Assembly: GCA_045592785.1 (NCBI GenBank)
Contig: JAZNVL010000038.1
Span: forward strand, 9,836-73,835
Reading direction: 5' to 3'
DNA length: 64,000 nucleotides
Source: Victivallales bacterium
GTDB taxonomy: Bacteria; Verrucomicrobiota; Lentisphaeria; Victivallales; UBA1829
The notes under the pieces: generated by a model
Told to the model about the DNA's origin: nothing
Seen by the model: the letters and a program-made list of their open reading frames with translations, nothing else
Databases searched by the model: none
Program-made: the position numbers and the translations under genes
Part shown: one piece after another, positions 29,525 through 38,277 of the stretch
Layout: each line of letters starts with the position of its first letter
Position numbering within the stretch: position 1 is the stretch's first letter

Positions 29525-30760
29525 TCAATTATCCTTTGTTGCGCGGAATGCCTGTAACGCATCCGGGAATGGTGTCAGCGCACGTTCCAATATGCCGTGC
29601 AGATACGCGATCGCCACCCCGTAATTGGTAAACGGGACCTGCTGTTTTTCACATTGCAGTATGCGGGAAAGAACCCCGCGCCGGTTGAAGGTACATGCGC
29701 CGCAATGGATCACCAGATCGAAACCCGTCAGATCGGCGGGAAAATCCTGTCCCTGCACATGCTCAAACGAAACATTCTTTTTCGTTCGTTCCAGGATCCA
29801 GCGGGGCAGCTTCACCCGTCCGATGTCTTCTGCAATGGGATGATGACTGCATCCTTCCGCGATCAGGACCCGTGATCCGTCACGGAGTTTATCGATGGCA
29901 GCGGCACCCGATGCGCATACGGAAAGATCGCCCTTCATCCGCGCCATGAGAATGGAAAACGAGGTCAGCGGGATATGCTCCGGGACGGCTTTGGAGACCG
30001 GTCCGAACACCTGGGAGTCTGTAACGGCGAGGACGGGCGGCGTTTTGAGTTCCGCCAATGCCGTCGCAATGGCGTTCTCCTTTACAACAACACACCAGGC
30101 TTCGTGATCCAGCGCATCCCGGATCGCCTGGACTTCCGGCATGATGAGACGTCCTTTGGGTGCCTCCTTATCAATGGGTGTGATCAAAAGTACGCTCCGG
30201 AGCGGATCCGTCAGATCGCCCAGCATGGGCCGTCCGGAAAGATACCCTTCCGGTGCCAGTTTGATCAGAAGTTCCCGGACTGTTTCCAACCCCTGTTTCT
30301 CTTTGGCGGAAACAAGCGCAACGGGGAGCTCCTCCGCCTGAAGCCGGGCGATGAGTGCGGGATCCGCGGGGACGAGATCGGATTTATTCAGAACCACGAT
30401 AACGGGGATCTTCCGTTCCCGGAATTCGGCGAGAAGTGCATCTTCATGCGCGGTCCAGTCGTTTCCGGCGGCAACAAGCAGAGCCATATCGCAACGGGCA
30501 AAGACAGCCCGGGTGCGTTCCACCCGTTTCGCTCCGATCCCGACGGCATCGTCATCGATCCCGGCGGTATCAATAAACAGGACAGGTCCCAGCGGGAGCA
30601 GTTCCATGGCTTTATCCACGGGGTCGGCAGTGGTACCGGGGACATCGGAAACGATGACCACGTTCTGATTTGCGAGTGCGTTGAGCAGCGAGGATTTTCC
30701 CGCATTTCTGCGTCCGAAGATCCCGATCTGCAAACGGAGTCCTTTTGGTGTGTTGAGCAT
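29525..30760 (-). CDS. hydF: [FeFe]-hydrogenase maturation GTPase HydF-type protein
   Basis: G1 GRRNAGKSS, G3 DTAG, G4 NKSD, and the C-terminal cluster motif CSH-x45-HCGAC. Confidence 0.85.
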   Translation of the reverse strand: MLNTPKGLRLQIGIFGRRNAGKSSLLNALANQNVVIVSDVPGTTADPVDKAMELLPLGPVLFIDTAGIDDDAVGIGAKRVERTRAVFARCDMALLVAAGNDWTAHEDALLAEFRERKIPVIVVLNKSDLVPADPALIARLQAEELPVALVSAKEKQGLETVRELLIKLAPEGYLSGRPMLGDLTDPLRSVLLITPIDKEAPKGRLIMPEVQAIRDALDHEAWCVVVKENAIATALAELKTPPVLAVTDSQVFGPVSKAVPEHIPLTSFSILMARMKGDLSVCASGAAAIDKLRDGSRVLIAEGCSHHPIAEDIGRVKLPRWILERTKKNVSFEHVQGQDFPADLTGFDLVIHCGACTFNRRGVLSRILQCEKQQVPFTNYGVAIAYLHGILERALTPFPDALQAFRATKDN

Positions 30761-30869
30761 ATTACTTACCTGCCTGTCATTTCGTCTTTGCTTACTTATA
30801 GCATACTTTTTGCAATTTTCCAGTAAATCTTTGAAAAATCATGGAAAAAGATGTTATAAAAAGACGGAA

Positions 30870-32207
30870 TCACTTGCCGGTATGCAATGCGTCGTAATGA
30901 TAATCCCCTTCCGGGAAGATCGCCGGGACCACCACCAGAAGTGATGCCGCAAAGCACACACAGATGGCATAAGTCAGGAACAGCGTCTGGTAATGAGAAA
31001 ATTCTATCCCGCCCAGTGTCCAGTGCGCCGCCAGCGCGCCCGAACCCAGAATGAGGGAGGTCAGCATGCGTGACATGCCTCTGCCGCAATGGTTGAATCC
31101 GTTGTAAAATGACATCGCCACCATTTTATTACCGGGCGTGGCAAGGAGCATCATTTCACAGGTGGAGGCGATATCGGAACAGGCATACATGAAACTGTAT
31201 GCAAACAGTACGGCACCGATGGTGATGTAAAGCCAGGTGTCCGGCATACATCCTTTTCCCAGCAGAAAGAGTGCGATATTTGCCAGCGCGTAGGTGATAT
31301 GCACCGCAAGCAGAATGAGTTTCACCCCGTAACGCTGGATCAGCCCGCCGGAAAAGAAGGAGCCGGTCAGCATCCCGCCCAACGCCACCGAGGAGATCAG
31401 AACGATCACGTTATCCGGGGCGCACAATCCCTTTTTCATGTAAAGGGATACCATGGGGATGGTCCCGTACGCCGCCAGATTGAGGATGAAACTGTAAACC
31501 GAGAATCCGGTGAGCGGCTTGTTTGCCATTGCCTTTTTCAACCCTTCGCGGAAAGAAAATTTTTCTTTGACTTCCTCCCGTGTTTCGAAGGTGGGAATCA
31601 TGGCGATGAAATAGAGTTTCGCGGCAAAGATACACAGCGAGATCAACATCACGATCTGCAAATGTCCGATGGGCGGATTTTTCCCGATGGCAAGCCCGAT
31701 GAGCAGAAGCAGCAGAGAGGAGGAAAGCTGCCAGGAAAAACGCATCTTGCCGAAATAATTGCTGCGCCGTTCCGGATACAGAAACGAAGAGAGCAGGGGG
31801 AACCAGGCGGCAAGATACACCGTATGACAGATACTGAAGAGAGCCAGTGAGATCAGCAGTACCGCCACTGCCCATTTGCCGAAGAAGGGAGCCAGCACGA
31901 TCATGCCGAAAAGGAACAGCGAGACTATGGTCGCCTGCAGGATCGAGGTCTGGTATTTCTGTTTGCCGACCGCCATGGTGGCAAGGAGCGAGAACAACCC
32001 GATCGCCATGGGGGAAAGTGACGTGGTGATCATGGAAAACATTTCACTTGCGCCAAGCATATTGGCGTAAAGAATAATGATCGCGGCATCCACGAACGGA
32101 ACATCGCCCATGCAGGTGCAGCAGGCGGAACAGATACTGTTGATCTCCGCTTTTTTTGATTCTTTCAAGGTAAGCGGGATCGTTTGTTTGAATGGAAAGC
32201 GGATCAT
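30870..32207 (-). CDS. MFS transporter
   Basis: A 445-aa protein with ~12 hydrophobic segments and an MFS-like loop (YPERRSNYFGKMRF). Confidence 0.75.
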   Translation of the reverse strand: MIRFPFKQTIPLTLKESKKAEINSICSACCTCMGDVPFVDAAIIILYANMLGASEMFSMITTSLSPMAIGLFSLLATMAVGKQKYQTSILQATIVSLFLFGMIVLAPFFGKWAVAVLLISLALFSICHTVYLAAWFPLLSSFLYPERRSNYFGKMRFSWQLSSSLLLLLIGLAIGKNPPIGHLQIVMLISLCIFAAKLYFIAMIPTFETREEVKEKFSFREGLKKAMANKPLTGFSVYSFILNLAAYGTIPMVSLYMKKGLCAPDNVIVLISSVALGGMLTGSFFSGGLIQRYGVKLILLAVHITYALANIALFLLGKGCMPDTWLYITIGAVLFAYSFMYACSDIASTCEMMLLATPGNKMVAMSFYNGFNHCGRGMSRMLTSLILGSGALAAHWTLGGIEFSHYQTLFLTYAICVCFAASLLVVVPAIFPEGDYHYDALHTGK

Positions 32208-32225
32208 GATTCTGTCTTTCTGTGT

Positions 32226-32699
32226 TTATCGGGGGGCGGCCGCACGACGCATGTCCATTTCGTCCTGCTTCTTCCGTAACGTTTCCCGTTTGTCGCTGAA
32301 TGTTTTCCCTTGTGCCAACCCCAGTTCCACTTTCACATACCCGCGTTTCAGATACAGTTTCAGCGGGACCAGAGCCAATCCACGTTCCCGTACGCGGGAC
32401 GAAAGTTTCAGGATCTCTTTGCGGTGCATCAACAATCTGCGGGGGCGTACCGACTCATGATTGAACCGGTTCCCGTGAGAGTAAGGGGAAATGTGCAGTC
32501 CGTAAACGAAAAGCTGTCCCCGTTCCACCTGGGCGTAGGATTCCTGCAACTGCACGGATCCCATCCGGCAGCTTTTCACTTCGGTCCCGTGCAACTCGAT
32601 CCCTGCTTCCATGGTTTCCAGGATCGTATAATCATGATACGCTTTCCGGTTCCGTGCGATCACGGGATCTTCTTTCGCCGCTGTTTTTTTATTGTCCAT
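32226..32699 (-). CDS. smpB: SsrA-binding protein
   Basis: IARNRKAYHDYTILETMEAGIELHGTEVKS and a basic C-terminal tail. Confidence 0.94.
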   Translation of the reverse strand: MDNKKTAAKEDPVIARNRKAYHDYTILETMEAGIELHGTEVKSCRMGSVQLQESYAQVERGQLFVYGLHISPYSHGNRFNHESVRPRRLLMHRKEILKLSSRVRERGLALVPLKLYLKRGYVKVELGLAQGKTFSDKRETLRKKQDEMDMRRAAAPR

Positions 32700-32712
32700 A
32701 CAGTTCCTTCAT

Positions 32713-33882
32713 TCAGCGCATGAAACGCGCTGCTTTGGTCTTGAACTCTTCCTGTTTCGGATAATTCTTTTCCGTTTCCAGTTCCGCAAATTCACGCAAC
32801 AATGCTTCCTGACGGTTCGTCAGTTTGACCGGGGGTTCCACCAGAAGACGGACCAGTTGATCTCCGCGGGTTCCCCTCTTTTTCAGAGAAGGCATTCCTT
32901 TTTCCCGGATGCGGAGCGTTGTACCGCTCCGCGAACCGGCAGGGATCTTCATTCGGGATTTTCCGGTAACGGTTGGCACATCCACGATTCCGCCGAGAGC
33001 TGCGGTGGAGAACGGAATCGGCAGTTCGCAGAGGATATCCGATCCGGACCGCTGGAATACATCATGAGGTCGTACCTGAATCACCACGAACAAATCACCT
33101 TTTCCGCCGTAAGCACCGGCTTCGCCTTCTCCGGCGACACGGAGCCGGGATCCGGAATCCACGCCGGGCGGGATATGGATCTGCAATTCTTTATTCACAC
33201 GCACTCTGCCGGATCCGGAACACCGTTTGCAGGGCGTTGTGATCACCTGTCCGGTGCCGTGACACTGCTGACATGCGCCTGACGTCTGGAAAAATCCGCC
33301 GAAAGATTGTGCCGATTGTCCGGAACCGCCGCAGGAAGGACAGGTCGTTTTCTTACTTCCGGGTTCTGCACCGGATCCATGACACGCCGGGCATGTATCG
33401 TTTTTTGTGAGACGGATCTTTTTATCGGCACCGAATACGGCATCCTCAAAGTCGATGGTCAGCTCATAACGCAGATCGCTGCCCGTTCTGCCATTGCTGC
33501 GTGCTCTGCCGGAACGGCGTCCGCCGCCCAGAATATCTTCAAAGGAGAAGCCGCCGCCCGTATTGCCGAAGATCTGACTGAACAGATCACGGGGATCGCT
33601 AAAACCGCCGAAGTTTCCGCCCTGGAATCCGCCGGGTCCGGCACCTCCGCCCGCCGCATGTTCAAACATTTCGGATCCGAACTGATCGTATTGGGCTCTT
33701 TTCTGTGGATCGCTCAAGACTTCGTACGCCTTGGAGATCTCCTTGAATTTTTCTTCCGCAGAAGCGTTGCCGGGGTTTTTGTCCGGATGATATTTGACCG
33801 CAAGTTTCCGGTACGCCTTCTTGATCTCGTCAGCAGAAGACGTCTTGGTCACTCCCAATATCTGATAATAATCTTTCGCCAT
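32713..33882 (-). CDS. dnaJ: molecular chaperone DnaJ
   Basis: J domain (DYYQILGV...HPDKNP), a G/F region, and four CxxCxGxG repeats ([32 protein letters not shown]). Confidence 0.96.
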   Translation of the reverse strand: MAKDYYQILGVTKTSSADEIKKAYRKLAVKYHPDKNPGNASAEEKFKEISKAYEVLSDPQKRAQYDQFGSEMFEHAAGGGAGPGGFQGGNFGGFSDPRDLFSQIFGNTGGGFSFEDILGGGRRSGRARSNGRTGSDLRYELTIDFEDAVFGADKKIRLTKNDTCPACHGSGAEPGSKKTTCPSCGGSGQSAQSFGGFFQTSGACQQCHGTGQVITTPCKRCSGSGRVRVNKELQIHIPPGVDSGSRLRVAGEGEAGAYGGKGDLFVVIQVRPHDVFQRSGSDILCELPIPFSTAALGGIVDVPTVTGKSRMKIPAGSRSGTTLRIREKGMPSLKKRGTRGDQLVRLLVEPPVKLTNRQEALLREFAELETEKNYPKQEEFKTKAARFMR

Positions 33883-33914
33883 AACAGATACTCCTTATCC
33901 CGGATCCGGTCCCC

Positions 33915-34535
33915 TTATTCCTTCTCCGCTTCCGCAGGACCGGAACTGACGACCACCATGGCAGGTTTGAGCAGACGGTCACCCATCCGGCAACCGTAGC
34001 TCCATTGTTTGATGACTTTACCCTGGGGTACTGTATCGGAGGGTTCCTGTGCCATTGCTTCGTGGAGATTAGGGTCGAACTCTGCGCCGGTGGCATCGAT
34101 AAGAGTCACCCCGACTTCTCCGAATGCTTTATCGAATTCCGCCTGGATCATATTCAAGCCCTGGAGAATGGTTTCCGCATTGGTATTGGCGGCGGAACTG
34201 GCAGTCACAGCCATGGTGAAATGATCGAATACCTGCAGGAACGGGAGCATGGTATCCTGGATCACGCGATTCCGCACCGATTCCATTTCGCGGGAGAACC
34301 GTTTCCGCTGATTATCCATTTCGGCAAGAGCCAGAAGACGGAGTTTTTCCATCTCTGCCAGTTTCGCTTCCGTTTCCGCCAGCTTTTTGGTCAAACCTTC
34401 GTTGCTATCCGGACCCCATTCCAGGGCTTCTTCTTCCGCCGCAACGGTTTCTTCTGTTGTGACGGTTTCTTCTTTCACGGTTTCTTCTGCCGCAACAGCT
34501 TCCTCTGTTGCAACGGTTTCCTTTTCTTCGTTCAT
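33915..34535 (-). CDS. grpE: nucleotide exchange factor GrpE
   Basis: Coiled-coil region followed by RKRFSREMESVRNRVIQDTMLPFLQVFD and a C-terminal beta domain (GYRMGDRLLKPAMVVV-like). Confidence 0.92.
   Translation of the reverse strand: MNEEKETVATEEAVAAEETVKEETVTTEETVAAEEEALEWGPDSNEGLTKKLAETEAKLAEMEKLRLLALAEMDNQRKRFSREMESVRNRVIQDTMLPFLQVFDHFTMAVTASSAANTNAETILQGLNMIQAEFDKAFGEVGVTLIDATGAEFDPNLHEAMAQEPSDTVPQGKVIKQWSYGCRMGDRLLKPAMVVVSSGPAEAEKE
34441..34522 (-). repeat. short in-frame imperfect repeats encoding an (E-E-T-V/A) low-complexity N-terminus of GrpE
   Basis: ACGGTTTCTTC recurs at 34444, 34462 and 34477, with a partial copy at 34513 (plus-strand reading). The encoded peptide is ATEEAVAAEETVKEETVTTEETVAAEEE. 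Confidence 0.6.
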
Positions 34536-34644
34536 TGTGGAGCCTTTCTATTCAAATTTTTCTTTTATTCATTTTCGCAGTAACAAGCAATTTTCGCGCC
34601 AACTTTATTTTTACGCTTGTTTTCTGTTCCTGTGCGCCATTTTG

Positions 34645-35736
34645 TCACGATTGCTTGCTGTCAGTCGCTGTCTCGCTGCCCAGTATATTGCGCAGCATGG
34701 AAGCCCGGTATTCCGCCCGTTCCATCGGATCCAGGATCTTTCCTGCCTGGAAACAGAGGTGGGCAGGCTGCAGAAGCAGGATCATCCGGTTGATGTCAAA
34801 CAGCCGGATTTTGGAAAAGAGTCCCAGATCCACGCCCAGCCGCAGATAAGAGAGCAGATTCAACGTTTCTTCGGTGGAGATCAAATAAGCATGGCGGAGA
34901 TTGGCGTATGCCCGGGAACAACAGTCCAGCAGCCGGATCCGCCCCGGTCCGGTCTGCAGTTCCTCCCGGGCTTCCCGTTCCGCCTGTTCGATGTCGTATG
35001 TTGCCGCACAAAGCCGGTCGATGATGGCATCTTCGGATTCGCCCAGTGTGGATTGATTGGAAATCTGGAACAGATTCCCGGCGAATTTGGAGCCTTCGCC
35101 ATCCAGTCCGCGTGCAGTGAGTCCCAGGGCGGAAAGCCCGTTACTCAACGTGCCCAGACGATCCAGCAGGCGCAACGCGGGCAGGTGCATCATGAGAGAG
35201 GCGCGGATCCCCGTGCCCAGATTGGTGGGACAACTGGTTGCGTAACCTTGTCCGGGGATGAAAGCGAATGGCAGAACCTTTTGCAATTCCGTATCGAAAG
35301 CGGAAAGTTTTTTCCAGGATTCCCGCAGATGTTCCCCGGCGCGACAGTACTGCATCCGCAGATGGTCTTCTTCGTTGATCATGACCGAAAGCCGCGGATC
35401 GGGGGAAAGCGCAAGGAAACGTCCCGGTTCCCGGGTCAGGAATTCCCGGCTGATGAGTTTCCGTTCGAAAAGGAGCCGGATGGTATTTTCGTGAATGGGG
35501 GCCAGCGCAAGCCGCTGCCATTTTTCGCTGTCTTTCAACGTTTCCATGGCAGAAAAGAACGTGTTTGCGATCTCCCCGCGGACCGAAGCCGATGCGTTCA
35601 GCGGGAACGGGAAATACTGCAGGTTGCGTGCCAGGCGGATCCGGCAGCTGATGATGATATCACCTTGTTTTGAACGGAGCGGAAGCCATGCCGGCGGACG
35701 TTCCATGATGCGCCGTATCATCGGTTCGCTGTTCAT
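34645..35736 (-). CDS. mcsB: protein arginine kinase (ATP:guanido phosphotransferase)
   Basis: NEEDHLRMQ and SCPTNLGTGIRAS motifs typical of McsB. It overlaps the mcsA end by 4 nt. Confidence 0.88.
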   Translation of the reverse strand: MNSEPMIRRIMERPPAWLPLRSKQGDIIISCRIRLARNLQYFPFPLNASASVRGEIANTFFSAMETLKDSEKWQRLALAPIHENTIRLLFERKLISREFLTREPGRFLALSPDPRLSVMINEEDHLRMQYCRAGEHLRESWKKLSAFDTELQKVLPFAFIPGQGYATSCPTNLGTGIRASLMMHLPALRLLDRLGTLSNGLSALGLTARGLDGEGSKFAGNLFQISNQSTLGESEDAIIDRLCAATYDIEQAEREAREELQTGPGRIRLLDCCSRAYANLRHAYLISTEETLNLLSYLRLGVDLGLFSKIRLFDINRMILLLQPAHLCFQAGKILDPMERAEYRASMLRNILGSETATDSKQS

Positions 35737-36308
35737 TGCGTGACATCCTTCTTTGCGATCTTCTTTTCCAATGCGGCAATCTTGTCCCGGAGTTCGGCGG
35801 CAAGCTCATATTCTTCCCGGCGGATGGAGCCTTGCAGATCCCTGCGCAGGGATTCCAGTTCGCGGATCAGTTCCATATCTTTCGCAATGGTACCGGGGGA
35901 TTCCGGATGATCCGGCGATTTTCCCTTGTGATGAAGTCCGCGGTGCATGGCGATCAGAGAATCATTGAGGACATCCCGGAATACATGATAACACCGGCTG
36001 CAACCCAGCCGTCCGGTTTTGCGCAGTTTCTCCACGGTCCAGTTGCAAAACGGGCAGGATTGCGGGACATCATCGCGGCGGCTTGAGGAATCGGCTTCCA
36101 TTTCTTCGTCATCCCCGTCCTCATCCTGCACGAAATGTTTATACATGTTTTTCAACAGACCGTTCAAGTCAAGACCGTGCATGAATTGAGCGAGCAAATC
36201 CTTTTTTGCGGCACATTCGGTGCAGATGTTCAGCGTGAGTTTTTTTCCGCCTATGATCTCTTCCACATGCACGGTCGCCTGATTCTGTTTACATAATTCG
36301 CAAAGCAT
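35733..36308 (-). CDS. mcsA: McsA-like activator of the arginine kinase (zinc-finger plus UVR-domain protein)
   Basis: N-terminal CELC...CTEC and CPFC...CSRC zinc motifs, with a C-terminal UVR-like YELAAELRDKIAALEKK. Confidence 0.82.
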   Translation of the reverse strand: MLCELCKQNQATVHVEEIIGGKKLTLNICTECAAKKDLLAQFMHGLDLNGLLKNMYKHFVQDEDGDDEEMEADSSSRRDDVPQSCPFCNWTVEKLRKTGRLGCSRCYHVFRDVLNDSLIAMHRGLHHKGKSPDHPESPGTIAKDMELIRELESLRRDLQGSIRREEYELAAELRDKIAALEKKIAKKDVTQ

Positions 36309-36341
36309 ACTGTTGTTCCTGACTTTCTCTGTTGATGCAGT

Positions 36342-36369
36342 ACTTTACCCGCTTTTCGGAAAAATGCAA
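36342..36369 (-). promoter_or_regulatory. possible promoter for mcsA, TTGCAT-N16-TAAAGT
   Basis: Minus-strand hexamers at 36364-36369 and 36342-36347, ~35 nt upstream of the mcsA ATG. Confidence 0.3.
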
Positions 36370-36387
36370 GGGAAAAAACAGGATTTG

Positions 36388-36411
36388 AGCGTTTTTTTCC
36401 GTAAAAACGCT
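36388..36411. promoter_or_regulatory. perfect 9-bp inverted repeat AGCGTTTTT-N6-AAAAACGCT in a divergent intergenic region
   Basis: Read directly from the sequence. It lies between the candidate mcsA promoter and the TTGCAA -35 of the FAD-oxidoreductase promoter, and is followed by TTTT. Confidence 0.4.
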
Positions 36412-36421
36412 TTTTGTCATA

Positions 36422-36449
36422 TTGCAATCCGGAAATGGCGTTGTATATT
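36422..36449 (+). promoter_or_regulatory. sigma-70-type promoter candidate, TTGCAA-N16-TATATT(AC)
   Basis: TTGCAA at 36422-36427 and TATATT at 36444-36449, ~33 nt upstream of ATG 36483. Confidence 0.5.
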
Positions 36450-36482
36450 ACTGAAAATCAAAACGTGAAAGGATCGTTTCTT

Positions 36483-37676
36483 ATGGATTTTGAGAAATCT
36501 TATGATGTCATCGTGGCAGGTGCCGGAATCGCAGGGATCGCAGCCGCCGTTCAGGCTGCAAGAGAAGGAAAAAAGACCGTCCTCATCGAAAAGACGATCA
36601 TTCCCGGCGGGCTTGCCACTGCCGGGCTTGTTTATGTATATCTTCCCCTTTGTGATGGTGAAGGACATCAGGTCTCGTTCGGGATCACGGAGGAACTTCT
36701 GAAGCTCAGTATCCAGTACGGACCCGGTGATATTCCCGATTTCTGGGCGAAAGTTCCCGATGCCAATGAAAAAGAACGGTATCAGGTGATTTTCTCCCCC
36801 GCCGCTTACGTTCTTGCGCTGGATGAATATCTGGTACAGAACGGGGTGGATGTCTGGTACGATACCCTCATTTGCGATACCCAGGTCGAAAACAATAAGA
36901 TCACCGGCGTTTATGTGGAAAATGAATCCGGACGCGGTCTGCTCAAAGCAAAATGTGTGGTGGATGCCTCCGGGACTGCCATCCTCGCGCGCCGTGCCGG
37001 GATCCCTTGTCATACCGCTCCCAATTTTCTTTCCATTTGGGATATCGAATACAAGAAAAGTCAGGAACAATCCGCGCTCGGCGCACCGGTGGCGATGCAT
37101 ACTTACGGTGTTCCCTGGGATGTCACGAAAGCACCGGAAGGGACCGTGTTTTACGGGATCGACGGCGCGACTGTTACGGACTTTGTATTGAAGAGCCGGA
37201 AAATGCTGTTGGATGAAATGAAGAGCTGTTATGCCGCGGGAGCCGACCGGAAAGATTATTACAGCCTGAAAGTTCCGCTGATGCCCCAGTTCCGCAAGAT
37301 CTTCTCCATCGATGCCAAATACGTCCTGCGGGATACAGACAGTGCCACCCGTTTCGAAGATTCCATCGGGCTCGCTGCCGACTGGCGCAGATGCGGTTCC
37401 GTGTGGGAGATCCCTTACAGCTCTATGATCCCGGATTCCCCCATCGGCGGTTATATCGCCGCTGGACGGTGTACCGGCGCGGAAACGGATGCCTGGGAAG
37501 TCACCCGTGTGATCCCGGTGGCAGGTCTGACGGGCCAGGTGGCAGGTCTTGCCGCTGCCATGTCGATCGATGTCGGTGTTGATCCTGCGGATCTGGATGT
37601 TTCTGCGCTTCAGGCGAAACTCCGTACGCTGGGCTTCCCCCTGCACATGCCGGAAGTGGGGTTGACGTACAAATGA
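36483..37676 (+). CDS. FAD-dependent oxidoreductase (GxGxxG, glycan-locus-associated type)
   Basis: YDVIVAGAGIAGIAAAVQAAREGKKTVLIEK dinucleotide-binding motif. The start was set at ATG 36483 after AAAGGA. Confidence 0.8.
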   Translation: MDFEKSYDVIVAGAGIAGIAAAVQAAREGKKTVLIEKTIIPGGLATAGLVYVYLPLCDGEGHQVSFGITEELLKLSIQYGPGDIPDFWAKVPDANEKERYQVIFSPAAYVLALDEYLVQNGVDVWYDTLICDTQVENNKITGVYVENESGRGLLKAKCVVDASGTAILARRAGIPCHTAPNFLSIWDIEYKKSQEQSALGAPVAMHTYGVPWDVTKAPEGTVFYGIDGATVTDFVLKSRKMLLDEMKSCYAAGADRKDYYSLKVPLMPQFRKIFSIDAKYVLRDTDSATRFEDSIGLAADWRRCGSVWEIPYSSMIPDSPIGGYIAAGRCTGAETDAWEVTRVIPVAGLTGQVAGLAAAMSIDVGVDPADLDVSALQAKLRTLGFPLHMPEVGLTYK

Positions 37677-38215
37677 GCGCCGGACGCGATCTGAACGAAT
37701 TTGAAGAACGTCTGCTTGCGTTGGCTCATTCCGACCGCGCGATCCTGCGTTACCGTCGCAGTACGATCCTGAATGCCGTGATGTTCTCTCTGCTTTTCAC
37801 GGGTGCGGCTGTGGCGTTGCAAGCCGGACAGAAGCCGATGGGATTCCATGTCGCACTTGCCGGAGCATTGGCTGTCTACGGACTCTTTTCCTGTTCGGCG
37901 GTCCTGAATTTTCAGCGTGCGCTCAACGCATACCGTTCCATACTGGAAAAGTTTACCGGGGAGCGTGAGACGCATTTTCCGGAGAACCGTGACCGTGTGA
38001 ACATGATCCTGCTGACGGTGTTTTTCTGGTGTCTTCTGCTTGCCATTCTGTTGCTGCCATTGCCGCATAAGCTGTATCTTGCTGACGGCGTATTGATATT
38101 CTTTCTTGCGCTGTCTGCGGTGATCAAATGCCGGTTTGCGGATTACGTCATGGAATACAAAAAACGCTGTCTTGCGGCGGAAGAAGCCAAAAAACAGGAA
38201 AAATACAAAAAATAA
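37673..38215 (+). CDS. hypothetical membrane protein (180 aa, ~4 TM)
   Basis: ATGA overlap with the FAD-oxidoreductase stop, four hydrophobic segments, and a K/E-rich tail. Confidence 0.6.
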   Translation: MSAGRDLNEFEERLLALAHSDRAILRYRRSTILNAVMFSLLFTGAAVALQAGQKPMGFHVALAGALAVYGLFSCSAVLNFQRALNAYRSILEKFTGERETHFPENRDRVNMILLTVFFWCLLLAILLLPLPHKLYLADGVLIFFLALSAVIKCRFADYVMEYKKRCLAAEEAKKQEKYKK

Positions 38216-38216
38216 G

Positions 38217-38245
38217 TTGCAATCTTCCGCATTTTATGTTATATT
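38217..38245 (+). promoter_or_regulatory. sigma-70-type promoter candidate, TTGCAA-N17-TATATT with upstream TG
   Basis: TTGCAA at 38217-38222 and TGTTATATT at 38237-38245, ~33 nt upstream of uxaC. Confidence 0.45.
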
Positions 38246-38277
38246 AAGCAAATACGATAACACAACTGGAGTTGAAT

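Noticed and set aside
36309-36420. A search for a CtsR operator (tandem GGTCAAA heptads) or a CIRCE element upstream of mcsA.
   Set aside because: Only isolated partial matches were found (GACAAAA, GCTCAAA), at the wrong spacing. There is no TTAGCACTC-N9-GAGTGCTAA-like palindrome.
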